NCBI RefSeq assembly: GCF_001194135.2
Contig: NC_068984.1
Location: forward strand, 106,569,625 to 106,633,624
From: Octopus bimaculoides
Lineage: Eukaryota
Direction: 5' to 3'
Length of the DNA: 64,000 nucleotides
Positions 12,178-24,089 of this stretch are shown here, piece by piece. Position 1 is the first letter of the stretch. Each line of letters opens with the position of its first letter. Under the pieces are notes generated by a model. It ran no database searches. It worked only from the letters and a program-made list of their open reading frames with translations, and was not told the DNA's origin. Position numbers and translations under genes: made by a program.

Positions 12178-14163
12178 TATTATTATTATTTATGGTTTCC
12201 TTTCATTATAACTTTATTTCAGCTGCCTTAGTACCGGGCATCATCCTGAGGTCAAGAGTATCAAGGATACTTTTGTTTTGCTATGCATGCTAAAATTATC
12301 ACCCCATTTATTCCCTTTTAGATGGAGAGTGCTTTCTGTAGTGTATGGGCTGTACTCATCAAAGTTATCTTTTGTAGTTCACGGTGATTGGAGTTATCAG
12401 GAAGTTACTTAATATACTTCCCAGCTCCCTTTTATATCATTCCCAACGCACCAATTACTACTGGTATTATCGTAGTACTAAGCTTCCACATTTTGTGATT
12501 TCAATTTGCTGATCTTTATAGTGAGAAAGCTTTTTGTATTCTTTTCTTGAGACATTTTGATCTTGTGGGACTGACATATCTATTAACTGACAAGTTCCTT
12601 TGTTGTAGTCCTTGATCAAAATGTCTGGTCGATTGGAGTCAATTTTCCTGTCTGTTTGTATTGAGAAGCTCTAAATGATGGTGATGCCCTCGCCACTTAC
12701 TACATCCTCTGGATGGTGCCTGTACCACTTATCATGGGATTTAATTTTATAGCATTTATGAGCATTCCAGTGGATGTACTGCCTTAGTCTGTCATATTTA
12801 ATGGGGTACTTTTATTCAGCGAGGACTGGGCAGCCAGAAACAACATGATCAATTCTATCTGAATTTTCCGCAAATTCTGCGCGAGGAATCAGATCAATCT
12901 TTAAGGACGTTTGCATGGTGGTTTCTGGTTGGGAAGCTCTGATCTTGCGCTACAAACCATTGGAGTGTTAGATTTTTGTCAATATCTGGCTTGGACAGAT
13001 ATTGATTCATGATTACTTCTAAAAATTTCACAATTGTTAGAGCTATCTTGATTCTATGCAAGAGTTTACATCTCCAGTTGTCTTCGATATTACCCACGAA
13101 AGCATTTTTTGCTTTTTGTTTCATTATTTTTGCATCAATTATAAGCTTGTCACTATTTGGATCTCTTTGGTGTTTCTGATTGGTAATTTCTAAATCAGGA
13201 GAATAAATGGTAGGTCCGTCAGTATTTGGGCATCTTTTGTGAGTCCTATGTTTAACTTATAGTCCAAGAGACTTTTAAAATTTCTGACTAAGCTTCATGA
13301 CTGAAGCTTGCTTGGAACCTTGATGCTTCAGTTCAGTTCGTAAGATCACATCACTTGTATTAAGGTACGTTTCAAGGCCTATTATTGCTGATTTGAAGCT
13401 GTATCAGACCTCTTCCACCTATTTTTCTTGGGAGATAAATCCTGTCTACATCTGATTTTAGATGGTGCATTCGGTACTTTGTAAAGATTTTAAGGATTTT
13501 TCCATCCATATTCTGTATGTCAGTGAGATCCATTTAATGATACCGAAGCTCTATGTTGGTACTGGTATGGCAAAAAAATTGATCGCATTAATTCTGTTAG
13601 CAGCATTTAATTCTGAGTTTAGGACCATTCTTACGGTAGCATTTCTTGCGGATTTTCTCTTTCACTTGAAAGCGCTGGATACTATCACCTTCATTAGTTC
13701 CCAGATATTTATATACTTAGCATTGGTCTAGGTTTCGAATAGCTGTGAAGTATCAAGTTCTATGTTTTCTGCCTTTATGAACGTCCCTGCCTCGACAGTA
13801 GCCTTTGCATATTTATCAAGTCTGAATTCCATACCTATATAAGATCTGAATTCTTTGAAAATATTCAGGAGCTCTTCCAATTCTTTGTCGTTTTTGGCAA
13901 ACAATTTTAGATCATCCATATAGAGTAGATGAGTAATTTTCTGGTCAAAAGTCTTATATCCTCTCTTAACATTATTCAGTTGCATGGATAAAGGGCGAGG
14001 CAGAATAGTAATGGTGATAACGAGTCAACTTAAAAGATACCACAGGCGATATTGATGTCTGGTGAGGTGGTATATCCTTGTCTATGGTTTAAAATGAGTG
14101 TCGTTCTCCACGACTTCATGATTACTTCTAAAATTTTCACAATTATTAGAGCTATCTTGATAC
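12178..14163 (-). mobile_element. 5'-truncated, decayed R4/Dong-type LINE (RT, thumb, CCHC, RLE, 3' UTR)
   Basis: ITHLLYMDDLKLFAKN (ORF 13728..13985), AQDQSFPTRN (12894..13124), then HVVSGCPVLAE, RPDILIKD and VPVVIGALG-like motifs. (TTA)n on the plus strand at both ends. Confidence 0.9.
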
Positions 14164-14380
<217 letters not shown>

Positions 14381-15090
14381 NNNNNNNNNNNNNNNNNNNN
14401 NNNNNNNNNNNNNNNNNNNNNNNNNNNNNNNNNNNNNNNNNNNNNNNNNNNNNNNNNNNNNNNNNNNNNNNNNNNNNNNNNNNNNNNNNNNNNNNNNNNN
14501 NNNNNNNNNNNNNNNNNNNNNNNNNNNNNNNNNNNNNNNNNNNNNNNNNNNNNNNNNNNNNNNNNNNNNNNNNNNNNNNNNNNNNNNNNNNNNNNNNNNN
14601 NNNNNNNNNNNNNNNNNNNNNNNNNNNNNNNNNNNNNNNNNNNNNNNNNNNNNNNNNNNNNNNNNNNNNNNNNNNNNNNNNNNNNNNNNNNNNNNNNNNN
14701 NNNNNNNNNNNNNNNNNNNNNNNNNNNNNNNNNNNNNNNNNNNNNNNNNNNNNNNNNNNNNNNNNNNNNNNNNNNNNNNNNNNNNNNNNNNNNNNNNNNN
14801 NNNNNNNNNNNNNNNNNNNNNNNNNNNNNNNNNNNNNNNNNNNNNNNNNNNNNNNNNNNNNNNNNNNNNNNNNNNNNNNNNNNNNNNNNNNNNNNNNNNN
14901 NNNNNNNNNNNNNNNNNNNNNNNNNNNNNNNNNNNNNNNNNNNNNNNNNNNNNNNNNNNNNNNNNNNNNNNNNNNNNNNNNNNNNNNNNNNNNNNNNNNN
15001 NNNNNNNNNNNNNNNNNNNNNNNNNNNNNNNNNNNNNNNNNNNNNNNNNNNNNNNNNNNNNNNNNNNNNNNNNNNNNNNNNNNNNNNNNA

Positions 15091-15183
15091 GAAGAAGAAG
15101 AAGAAGAAGAAGAAGAAGAAGAAGAAGAAGAAGAAGAAGAAGAAGAAGAAGAAGAAGAAGAAGAAGAAGAAGAAGAAGAAGAG
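15091..15183. repeat. (GAA)n microsatellite
   Basis: Direct reading; abuts an N-gap. Confidence 0.97.
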
Positions 15184-15394
15184 CTAGATGAGAGGCAGTT
15201 ACATAGTTCCACTACAGTACTAAGAATATGGAAAATAATGACTTATTGTAAGACTCCAAATAGAGATTTATGGACAGAATTGGAATATTGAATGGCGGCT
15301 GCCTAAGATCAAGCGCTAAATACTAATTCATCAAATAAGGATATATATATTCCCCTATTTGAACGAAGAAATACTGCCTATGTTATCAGCAAGA

Positions 15395-15950
15395 GGAAAA
15401 TATTGATCATAATGTAGCAGGCTGCTGTATATTAGCCTAGAAAATATAGAAGCGATAGCACGATCAGGTCCGTTTCAGTTTAGACTGGTCGCTTTGTAAA
15501 ATGCATACATTCGCAACATTTCAGACGAATGCTGTAATCATGTACTATGAAAGCCGGTGAATGAACCTCGTGAACAATAATATTCAGTCATTTTGATATG
15601 TAGCCAGAGAGAAAAATTGAACATATTTTACCAGATATCATTATGTATGGTATAGAACAGACTGGATAACAGTACACGTTGCAATTCCTTTATACAAAAA
15701 TATTGTATGGGAATTGAAGAAATATCGTAATGTTGTAAAATAAAATTAAATCTGTCAATAATATGGGGATGTACAGTTGCAAAGCTGAAAGTAGTTCCAG
15801 TTATCATAGTGGTATAGGGTTCTATCTCCCCAAAAGTATTGTAGCATTTGGAACGGCGGAATTTCAAGACGAACATGCGAGTACTCCAAAAAGAAGTGTA
15901 ATACTTCAAACTTAATATCAAACACTTTATGGAGTAAGTTTGATGTAAAA
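15395..15950 (+). mobile_element. Highly degraded R4-type CCHC/RLE fragment
   Basis: IDHNVAGCCILA..HDQVR..DW, PDII, KVVPVIIVV*GSISPKVL*HLE..RVLQKEV. Confidence 0.6.
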
Positions 15951-16017
15951 TAGATATCAAATGCTAGAACCAGTACGTGATATCTTTTCAATGCAACACA
16001 AAATAATAATAACAATT

Positions 16018-16113
16018 GTCTCGAATTTTAGCACAGGGCCAGTAATTTTGGAAGATGAGGTAATTCGATTACATCAACCGCAGTGTTTAACTAGTATTTA
16101 CTTTATCGAACTT
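16018..16113 (-). mobile_element. SINE family B 3' fragment
   Basis: gcacagggccagtaatttt..cgattacatcaaccgcagtgtttaactagtatttactttatcga. Confidence 0.6.
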
Positions 16114-16149
16114 ATTGACTAAGACCACAAAAACGGATGAAATGCTGCT

Positions 16150-16213
<64 letters not shown>

Positions 16214-16319
16214 GTGATAATGATGATAGTAATAGTCATTCCCTTCGATTTCGACATATGAGTGTTTGAAGGAAAGGATTAAAAACAAAACAAAGAAAAA
16301 GTTTGAAAAAGAAGCTGCA

Positions 16320-16830
16320 TGTATTTGCGATGGACCTGTGAATGTAATTTGAGTATAGATATCGATTTGGCTATTAAGTCACGATGGGGACAATCGTGAT
16401 TTTTGATTTTGCCTGGGATTTGACAAATGTGTCTGTTGATTGCCGGATATAATTCTTTTATTGTTCCGTTACTCCATGACACATTTTACACCGATTTGAT
16501 CGATCTTGGCAATAACTTTCCCGAGATGTTAAATTAAGCTGTAAGGATTTTAGTGATTGCTTTAACTTATCCTTATACCGTAGCAGAAGTATCCTTTTAC
16601 AGCAGAATTCCTCTACTTGTTGGCCATAAAGGAATTTTCATAATGCGATAATTTTGCATTCAAACAACCTGTTCTGCCCATCTGCACTGAATTTTAACAG
16701 CATCCTTTCGACGCTAGGGACATCACATGTTTCTGAAAGTTTGACTTTTGATATCTTATCTTGCCATTTTATGCTGCAAATATTGTGCAGATGACACTGG
16801 ATGTGAAAGCTTTCAAGTTTCTATCTATAT
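16320..16830 (-). mobile_element. RTE-clade LINE 3' coding remnant
   Basis: Minus strand IKWQDKI..PSVERML..RWAEQV..RYKDKLK, and a C-terminal CPHRDLIAKSISILKLHSQVH zinc-finger-like end typical of RTE elements. Confidence 0.65.
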
Positions 16831-16944
16831 GTGTCCTCAGGAGCGAGTTCATAGTTATTCCTGATGATGATGATGACAACAATAACAACAACAACCACAA
16901 ACAACAACAACAACAATAATAATAATAATTAGAAGAAGAAGAAT

Positions 16945-17197
16945 GCCCTGCTGACAACAAAATATGCGATAAGGAAGAAAGAAAACTCAATAGATATGAC
17001 AGGTTAGCTTAGGAGGTTAAGCCGTTATGGTCGCTTAAAAAAGTGGTAATAGTACCAATAATTGTCGAAGCCCTGGGAACCGTGAGTACAAATCTTGAGA
17101 AGTACATGGAACAAATAGGGGCTGTAATAAGAGTAGAGTACTTGCAGAAAACAGAACTGCTTGGAACCGCTCGAATACTCCTGAAGGTGCTCGAAAA
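16945..17197 (+). mobile_element. R4-type RLE C-terminal fragment (subfamily of 29570-30230)
   Basis: CPADNKICDKEERKLNRYD..VIVPIIVEALGTV..LQKTELLGTARILLKVLE. Confidence 0.85.
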
Positions 17198-18023
17198 GCC
17201 CCTTCATGGCAAATACTGGGTTAAACTAAACGCAAAAGAATTAGACAATGTAAAATAGCAACAATGGCTGAGAAGCTCAGGACTCAAAGCAGAGACTGAA
17301 GGATTTTTAATTGCAGCACAAAACCAAAGCGTCCCCTGCCAGAAATTACCAAAAACATGTAATGAAAAGAATTACAACTAACTGCAGAATATGTGGAGTT
17401 GGACAAGAAACAATAAATCATATTGTCACTGGCTGTCCAGTCCTAGCTAAGAAGGAATATATTCACAGAAACAACATAGCTGGGACCTACATACACAGGA
17501 AACTATAGCAACACTATGGAATAACACAAATTTTAAAAATGTTATAGGCACACGCCAGAAAAGGTCACAGAAAATGAGAAAGCAACCATACTCTGGGATA
17601 TGCCAATACACACAGATAGAAAAATTAAGCCCGATAGGCCGGATATAGTTGTCAGAGATCGCCAAGAAAAAAAAATGCTTCCCAATCGATGTATCAATAT
17701 CAACAGATGACAATGCTCCTCTAAAACAAATGGAGAAACTTTCAAAATGCAAATATCTGGAAATAGAGGTAACTCGAATGCAGAGTCTAAAAACAGAAAC
17801 AATTCTTATCATTGTAGGCGCATTAGGTATGATAAAAACATGTACAGACAAAAACATAACAAAAATACCAGGGCTAACAAGTACATATAACATACAGAAA
17901 ATAGCTTTACTAGGCAGTGTACATATCCCACTTAAAACACTTTCAATACAGTAGAAATAAGAGCGCCACAACAAACCCCAGCACATACCCAGTGAAAGCA
18001 CGTGATAAAAATAAGACTACTGA
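17193..18023 (+). mobile_element. R4/Dong-type LINE 3' fragment (CCHC, RLE, 3' UTR), (AAT)n tail
   Basis: EKPLHGKYW..ETEGFLIAAQNQ, CRICGVGQETINHIVTGCPVLAKKEY, RPDIVV, IDVSISTDDN..EKLSK. Closely similar to 20605-21468. Confidence 0.92.
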
Positions 18024-18043
18024 GTAATAATAATAATAATAAT

Positions 18044-18716
18044 ATCGAAATTGATACAACAATTGGAGAGTTAGACCACAACCGCCCATGTAAATATCTA
18101 GGAATAGGCAAAACAGCTAAAACGTAACTCACAGAAAATTAGGAGAGAGTATTACACTATTAAACACTGAACTTAATACTAAAAATAAGATAATAAAGAT
18201 AAACATGCTAGCCATACCAGTCGTAGATTACAGCTTTAACATAATATACTGGAAGATCAGTGAATTGAGAAATCTAGATAGAAAACCAGAAAACTATTTA
18301 CAGTATACCGAAGTCACCACTCCTAGGCAGACGCAGAATGAGCATATTTACCCCACTCAGAAGGAGGCTGTGGAATGATACAGATAGAGAACTACTATAG
18401 CATAACAATAGTTGGACTAGTAAAGTACTTAGAAACAAAGAGTGCTAGCCTACTGCATGTAGTAAAGCAATACGAAGAAAAGAAAACGATTTTCTCTATA
18501 CACTAGGAGGCAATAAAATACAAAACAGAAACAAACTACACTGAAACACTGACTTCAGATAACAACATAGCAGAAATGGTCAGAGACATTCTACGCAAAA
18601 CACTTTCAATACAGTAAACATAAGAGCACCACAGCAAACCACAGCACATACCCAAGGCGCATAGAGTTGCGCTCGGTAGTGAAGTGAAAGCACGTTATAA
18701 AAATAAAACTACTGAA
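18044..18716 (+). mobile_element. R4-type RT/thumb fragment joined directly to the family 3' end
   Basis: CKYLGI, ELNTKNKIIKINMLAIPVVDYSFNII.W and EGGCGMIQIE-like motifs, then a jump at about 18586 to HILRKTLSIQ* plus 3' UTR. Confidence 0.8.
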
Positions 18717-18717
18717 C

Positions 18718-18860
<143 letters not shown>

Positions 18861-18867
18861 AAGTGCG

Positions 18868-19105
18868 ACTGTTATCGAATAAACAATATTTCAACACTTC
18901 ATATGTCTTCCACAAGTTCAAAATAATCATCTCAATCTACTTCATTTTGGTAATATTTAAGGATTGGTGTTACTCCTCCAGAAGGTAAGGAAACAATAAG
19001 AGAAGTACGACTGTTATTGAATGAACAATGAAGTAGATTGAGATGATTATTTTGAACTTGTGGAAGACATACGAAGTGTTGAAATATTGTTCATTAGATA
19101 ACAGT
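18868..19105. repeat. 79-bp inverted repeat with 80-bp spacer (MITE or foldback-like)
   Basis: 18868-18946 versus the reverse complement of 19027-19105 shows 3 mismatches. Confidence 0.92.
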
Positions 19106-19114
19106 AATAATAAT

Positions 19115-19660
19115 GCAGTACCAGGCTGTGGCTCCCATGGCTTCTGATCTTAATTGATTGGAAGTGTTATCATGTACATTGTTTTGCCTTGGTATAAAAG
19201 ATAGGCTACAGAAAATATTCTGCTCAATATCACAGATTTGCTTGTCACTTGTTTGACCTTAACCAGTTGAGTATGTCCTTTGGTGGCTGACAATATGTGC
19301 ATCTCTGATCATGAGCAGAAATAGTGGGGGAGCATCGTAGCCATGTGTTGAGAGGAATTCTTTCGGGTTTGAATAATTCACCTTTGGAAACATGGGTGTT
19401 TTGCTCAATATCCTTAAACAAACCTTATTCAGGGACCTTTTGAGCGGGATGGGCTACTCGACCTGAAGAAAATTCTAAATGGGCCCCACCTGCAAGGACA
19501 AGCGCTGTTTATTTTGATATGAGACCACTATATCGTGCACATATGGTTGTGATGCATATGCCTGGTGTACCCTTATCAGACGGGTAGTCATGATGGGTAT
19601 AATGGGCTTTGTATATTTTACCCCAGTATCACTTTGATGGCATACCCTGCTCTCTCACTC
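19115..19660 (+). mobile_element. About 550-bp non-coding interspersed element E, bounded by (TAA)n
   Basis: Second copy of its end at 14320-14380. Short (TAA)3 before it and long (AAT)n after it. No informative ORF. Confidence 0.7.
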
Positions 19661-19762
19661 AATAATAATAATAATAATAATAATAATGATAATAATAATA
19701 ATAGTAATAATGATAACGATGATAATAATAATGATGATGATGATAATAAGAATTATAATAAT

Positions 19763-19823
<61 letters not shown>
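19661..19823. repeat. (AAT)n/(GAT)n microsatellite
   Basis: Direct reading. Confidence 0.97.
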
Positions 19824-19827
<4 letters not shown>

Positions 19828-21464
19828 CAGTCAGCCACCTTTTATATATGGATGATCTAAAATTATACGCTAAAAATGACAAAGACCTGGAAACACTACT
19901 ACAGACAGTACATGGTTTTACCAAGGAAATATATATGAAATTCGGATTAGACAAATGTGCCAAAGCAACCCTGAAAAGAGGAAAATTAGTTAAAAGCAGC
20001 AATATCACACTAGATAAAGCCAATGAAATAAGAGAACTAGACGAAAGCCAGCCATACAAATATTTAGGAGTCAATGAACTAGATAGGATACAACACACAC
20101 AAATGAAAGAAAAAATAAAGAAAGAGTACTATAGACGAGTTAGATCAATACTAAAAACAGAGCTCAATGCTAAAATCAAGATAGTAGGCATTAACACTTT
20201 GTCCCACAGCTACAATATCCTTAACTGGACACTAAACGAACTATCTAAAATAGACGGGAAAACAAGAAAAATAATGACAGGATATAGGATGCACCACCCA
20301 AAATCTGACATAGAAAGGCTATATATATACAACGCACAGAAGGTGGCAGGGGTCTTATACAGCTGGAAAACTATTATAAAATAACCACCATAGGACTGCA
20401 AAAATACCTACTCCAGAAGCAAGGAAAACTACAAATAACCACAAAACACGAGCAAAACAAAAATCTTTTTCAGTATTTAAGGAAGCTGACAAATACAAAC
20501 AAGAAATTATACTACCTAACAAATACGAAGAAGAAGAAGAAGAAACAACAAAAGCTATAAAACAAATGAAGTCCAAACTAAAACTAGAACAGGAACGGAC
20601 CATGATAAAACGATGGCAAGAAAAGCCCCTACATGGTAAATACTGGGCTAAACTAAATGCAAAAGAAATAGACAGAGAAAAATCCCAGCAATGGTTGAGA
20701 AGCTCAGGACTCAAAGTAGAGACTGAAGGATTCTTATTTGCTGTACGAGACCAAAGCCTCCCCACCAGAAATTACCAAAAAGATATAATGAAAAGAAACA
20801 TAACAAGTAACTGTAGAATATGTGGTGATATACAGGAAACAATAAATCATATTATCTCTGGCTGCCCAGTCCTGGCTAAGAAGGAATATATTCACAGACA
20901 CGACAGAGCTGGGACCTATATACAATGGAAGCTATGCCAACACTATGTAATAGCAACAGAAAAAAGACGATATAAACACACGCCAGAAAAGGTCACAGAA
21001 AACGAGAAAGCAATGATACTCTGGGATATGCCAATACACACAGATAGATAAATTAAGGCCAATAGACCAGATATAGTTGTCAAAGATCATGAAGAAAAAA
21101 AATGCTTTCTAATTGATGTAGCAATACCAGCAGATGACAACGTTTCCCTAAAAGAAATGGAAAAACTTTCAAAATACAAAGACCTGGAAATAGAGGTAAC
21201 TCGAATGTGGAATCTAAAAACAGAAACAATTTCTATCATAGTAGGTGCCTTAGGTATAATAAAAAAATATTCAGACAAAATCACCAGGACTTACAAATAT
21301 ATATAACATACAGAAAATTGCAGTACTGCGCACTGCACACATCCTACGCAAAACACTTTCAATACAGTAACCATAAGAGCATTACAGCAAACCAGAGCAC
21401 ATACCCAAGCCACACAGAGCTGAACTCGGTAGGGAAGTGAAAGCACGTTATAAAAATAAAACTA

Positions 21465-21468
<4 letters not shown>
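19824..21468 (+). mobile_element. Best-preserved R4/Dong-type LINE copy, 5'-truncated inside RT; non-functional
   Basis: KTVSHLLYMDDLKLYAKN..YKYLG..MHHPKSDIERLY, then QEKPLHGKYW..CRICGDIQETINHIISGCPVLAKKEYIHRHD..TDR*IKANRPDIVVKD..IDVAIPADDN..KEMEKLSKYKDL. Has a frameshift and a stop at 21049-21051. (AAT)n on both sides. Confidence 0.95.
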
Positions 21469-21503
<35 letters not shown>

Positions 21504-21504
21504 T

Positions 21505-21829
21505 GGGAAACCAAAAACCCAAACGAAATTAAAAACCTGAGAAAGCGTTGCATGGTAGATTCCTAAAGACAGTTGCAGAAAATAGTTGTAGTGAGTTATG
21601 GCTATGGTTGTAGAAAGAAAAACTGAAGAGGGAGACAGAAAGTTTGTTAGTAGTTGCATAAAATCAAACATTAAGGACTAATTAGATAAAAGCCAAGATG
21701 TAGAAATATCAAGTAGATTCCCAATATAGATTAAGCAAATCAAAAGAGAAAGTGTTACCCATATAGTAAGTGAATGTAGCATGCTGGCATAAAAAGAATA
21801 CAAGAAAAGTCATGACAACCTAAGGACAG

Positions 21830-21832
<3 letters not shown>
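21505..21832 (+). mobile_element. R4-type fragment upstream of and including CCHC (subfamily of 24090-26607)
   Basis: EKALHGRF..LKRETESLLVVA..VTHIVSECSMLA*KEYKKSHDN; parallels about 26240-26540. Confidence 0.8.
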
Positions 21833-21867
<35 letters not shown>

Positions 21868-21871
<4 letters not shown>

Positions 21872-22617
21872 AAAAATCTTTCGGTTTCCTGAGATGGCTT
21901 ACATAAAAACATAGTTTTCTTTCATTGTTTTTGCGGATTCTTAAATCCTACTTCTTGATGGTTTCAGATTTGATCCATCTTTCCGGCAACTTGCCGTCAC
22001 ACGTCCATGCTATTTGCTATTCGCTACAGTATTCTATGTACTGTAAGGATTTATTTCTGTATGTTTTTGGAGGAGTATTGCATAGTAGTGTGTGCAAATC
22101 ATAAATTAACCATTTCATAGTATTCGTGGTTATCTGTCCAACGTTCTTTTTTGGGAGGATTGCTTTTGTTATGGGTCCATCTTTACAGCGTTTACCCTTT
22201 GACAGAAAATAGCCCATGGAGATGTGTTGATATTTCTTCCGTATTTATAATTATTATTGAAGTATAAGCGAGAGACCAAGAAGAGACAGAAATGTGGATA
22301 TATATAGAGAAAGGGTTTGTATAGATATTAATAGATGCATATGTGATTAATATATGATTAAAATTTTACTCAAAGGTTACCAGTTTTCATAAAGAGGCAT
22401 TGCAGTTCATATGTTTATATTTTAACACACATGTTGCTGTGGCGGCGCATCTGAGGGAAGCTATTTGTTTATACTTATAAGAAACATCTTTCTGTTTCCT
22501 GAGATGGCTTACCATAGTTTTTGCGGATTCTTAATTCCTGATTCATAATGGCTTCAAATTTGATCTACCTTCCGGCAGCTCGATGTCGTAAGTCCATGCT
22601 GCTTGCCTTTCGATGCT

Positions 22618-22681
<64 letters not shown>

Positions 22682-23810
22682 CATTATTATTATTATTGTT
22701 GTTGTTGTTGTTGTTGTTGTTATTTTCTCTTTACAACATGTTTTGTTGGAGCTCTTGAAGTTGCATGTGTAACGGGCTTACTACCTGCAAACTACGGTAC
22801 TATGCTATTCGTTCTTTTCAGCTATCTAATACTTTCCTGATTATTCTGGCCGTGCCTAAGAGGCAAAACATTTTCTAACAGTTCTACTGAGCGCTCTATC
22901 CCAATTTCCTTTATATTCCTCTTGATGCCTTCTGATACAGTTCCCAAGAACCCAACAATAATCGGCACTATCTTCACTTTCTTTATTTTCCATAGCCGGG
23001 CTATTTCGTACTTAAGAGTTGTATTTAATTATCTTTTCGCCTTCCTCCTCGACTATTCGTCAGTCAAAAGAGCAAGCAACATCAACTATATAGCATATGT
23101 GGTGCATCTCATCCGCCACCACTAGGTCCGGTTTGTTATGCTCTAGCACCTGATCTGTTTGATTTGGGAAATCTCAGAAGATTTTGCTAGCCTCCGACTC
23201 CACCACTCTCTACGGTTTGTGTTCATACTATGTGCTCATACTATGTCTTGCCCCCACTTTCCACACAGTTTCTAATGTAGCACTTTCACTACCTGCTCGT
23301 GTCGCCACAACCTGTAGTGGTTTTGGGTAAGTTTAGGGTATTCGTTCGATATATGGACAATGGTTTCATCCATTCCATTGTAGATTCGTCGCCACAGCAA
23401 CATGTGCCTGAAAATGTAAGCACCTAAACTGGAATGCATCTATACGAAAACTGCAAACCTGTGAATAAAATTTTAATCACATACTAAACACATATTCATC
23501 CATTCATATCTATACAAACCCTCTATATATAAGCATATTGCTGTCTCTTCTTTGTTACTCGCTTATACATCAATAATACTTATAGATAGGAAAGATACAT
23601 CAACACATTTCCATGGGTAGTGTTCTGCCAAAAGTAAACTCTGTAAAGACGGAGCCGTAATAAAGCCAATCAAAAAGAAACAAAAAACAGAAAGGAATGA
23701 TGGATAGATAACCATGAATAATGTGAAATGGGTGATTCATGATTTACACGCATTACTTTGCGACTCATCTCTAAAAACATATGGGAATAAACACGTACAG
23801 TAAATATCCA
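21868..23810. repeat. Old unclassified repeats: direct pair X (21868-22018, 22478-22607) and inverted pair Y (22020-22452, 23382-23810)
   Basis: X copies share tttcctgagatggcttac..ttttgcggattcttaa..ttccggca..gtccatgct. Y copies align in reverse complement over about 430 bp (roughly 70% by eye). Confidence 0.8.
22618..23380 (-). mobile_element. R4-type 3' fragment (CCHC, RLE, 3' UTR) with (AAC)n(AAT)n tail
   Basis: Reverse complement aligns with about 33840-34490 (DETIVHI.NE.P.L.QNHY.LWRH, KYEIARLW, VPIIVG.LGTV). Confidence 0.85.
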
Positions 23811-24089
23811 ATCAACTGAACAAAGCTCACAACATGTGGTATAGAAGTCCGATACCCAACAGAAGAACACAACCTGCACTACACAGACAATACACAATGC
23901 ACAAACTAATACACAACAAGAGACTCAAATCAAACCTGATGACAAAACATACTGATGCAATACAATACTCCACAAGGACCAAAAAAAAAGACACAATATG
24001 AAATACACACATGACCAGCACAAAATTGCAGCAAGTGATGCAGTAAAAAGTTACCTGAAACTATCAAATGTCGAAAAATAATACTGGTG

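Noticed and set aside
16805-16845. CTGAGGA..GAAAC on the minus strand
   Set aside because: Lies in RTE coding sequence (LRTHIDRNLKAF); no stem II and no UH triplet.
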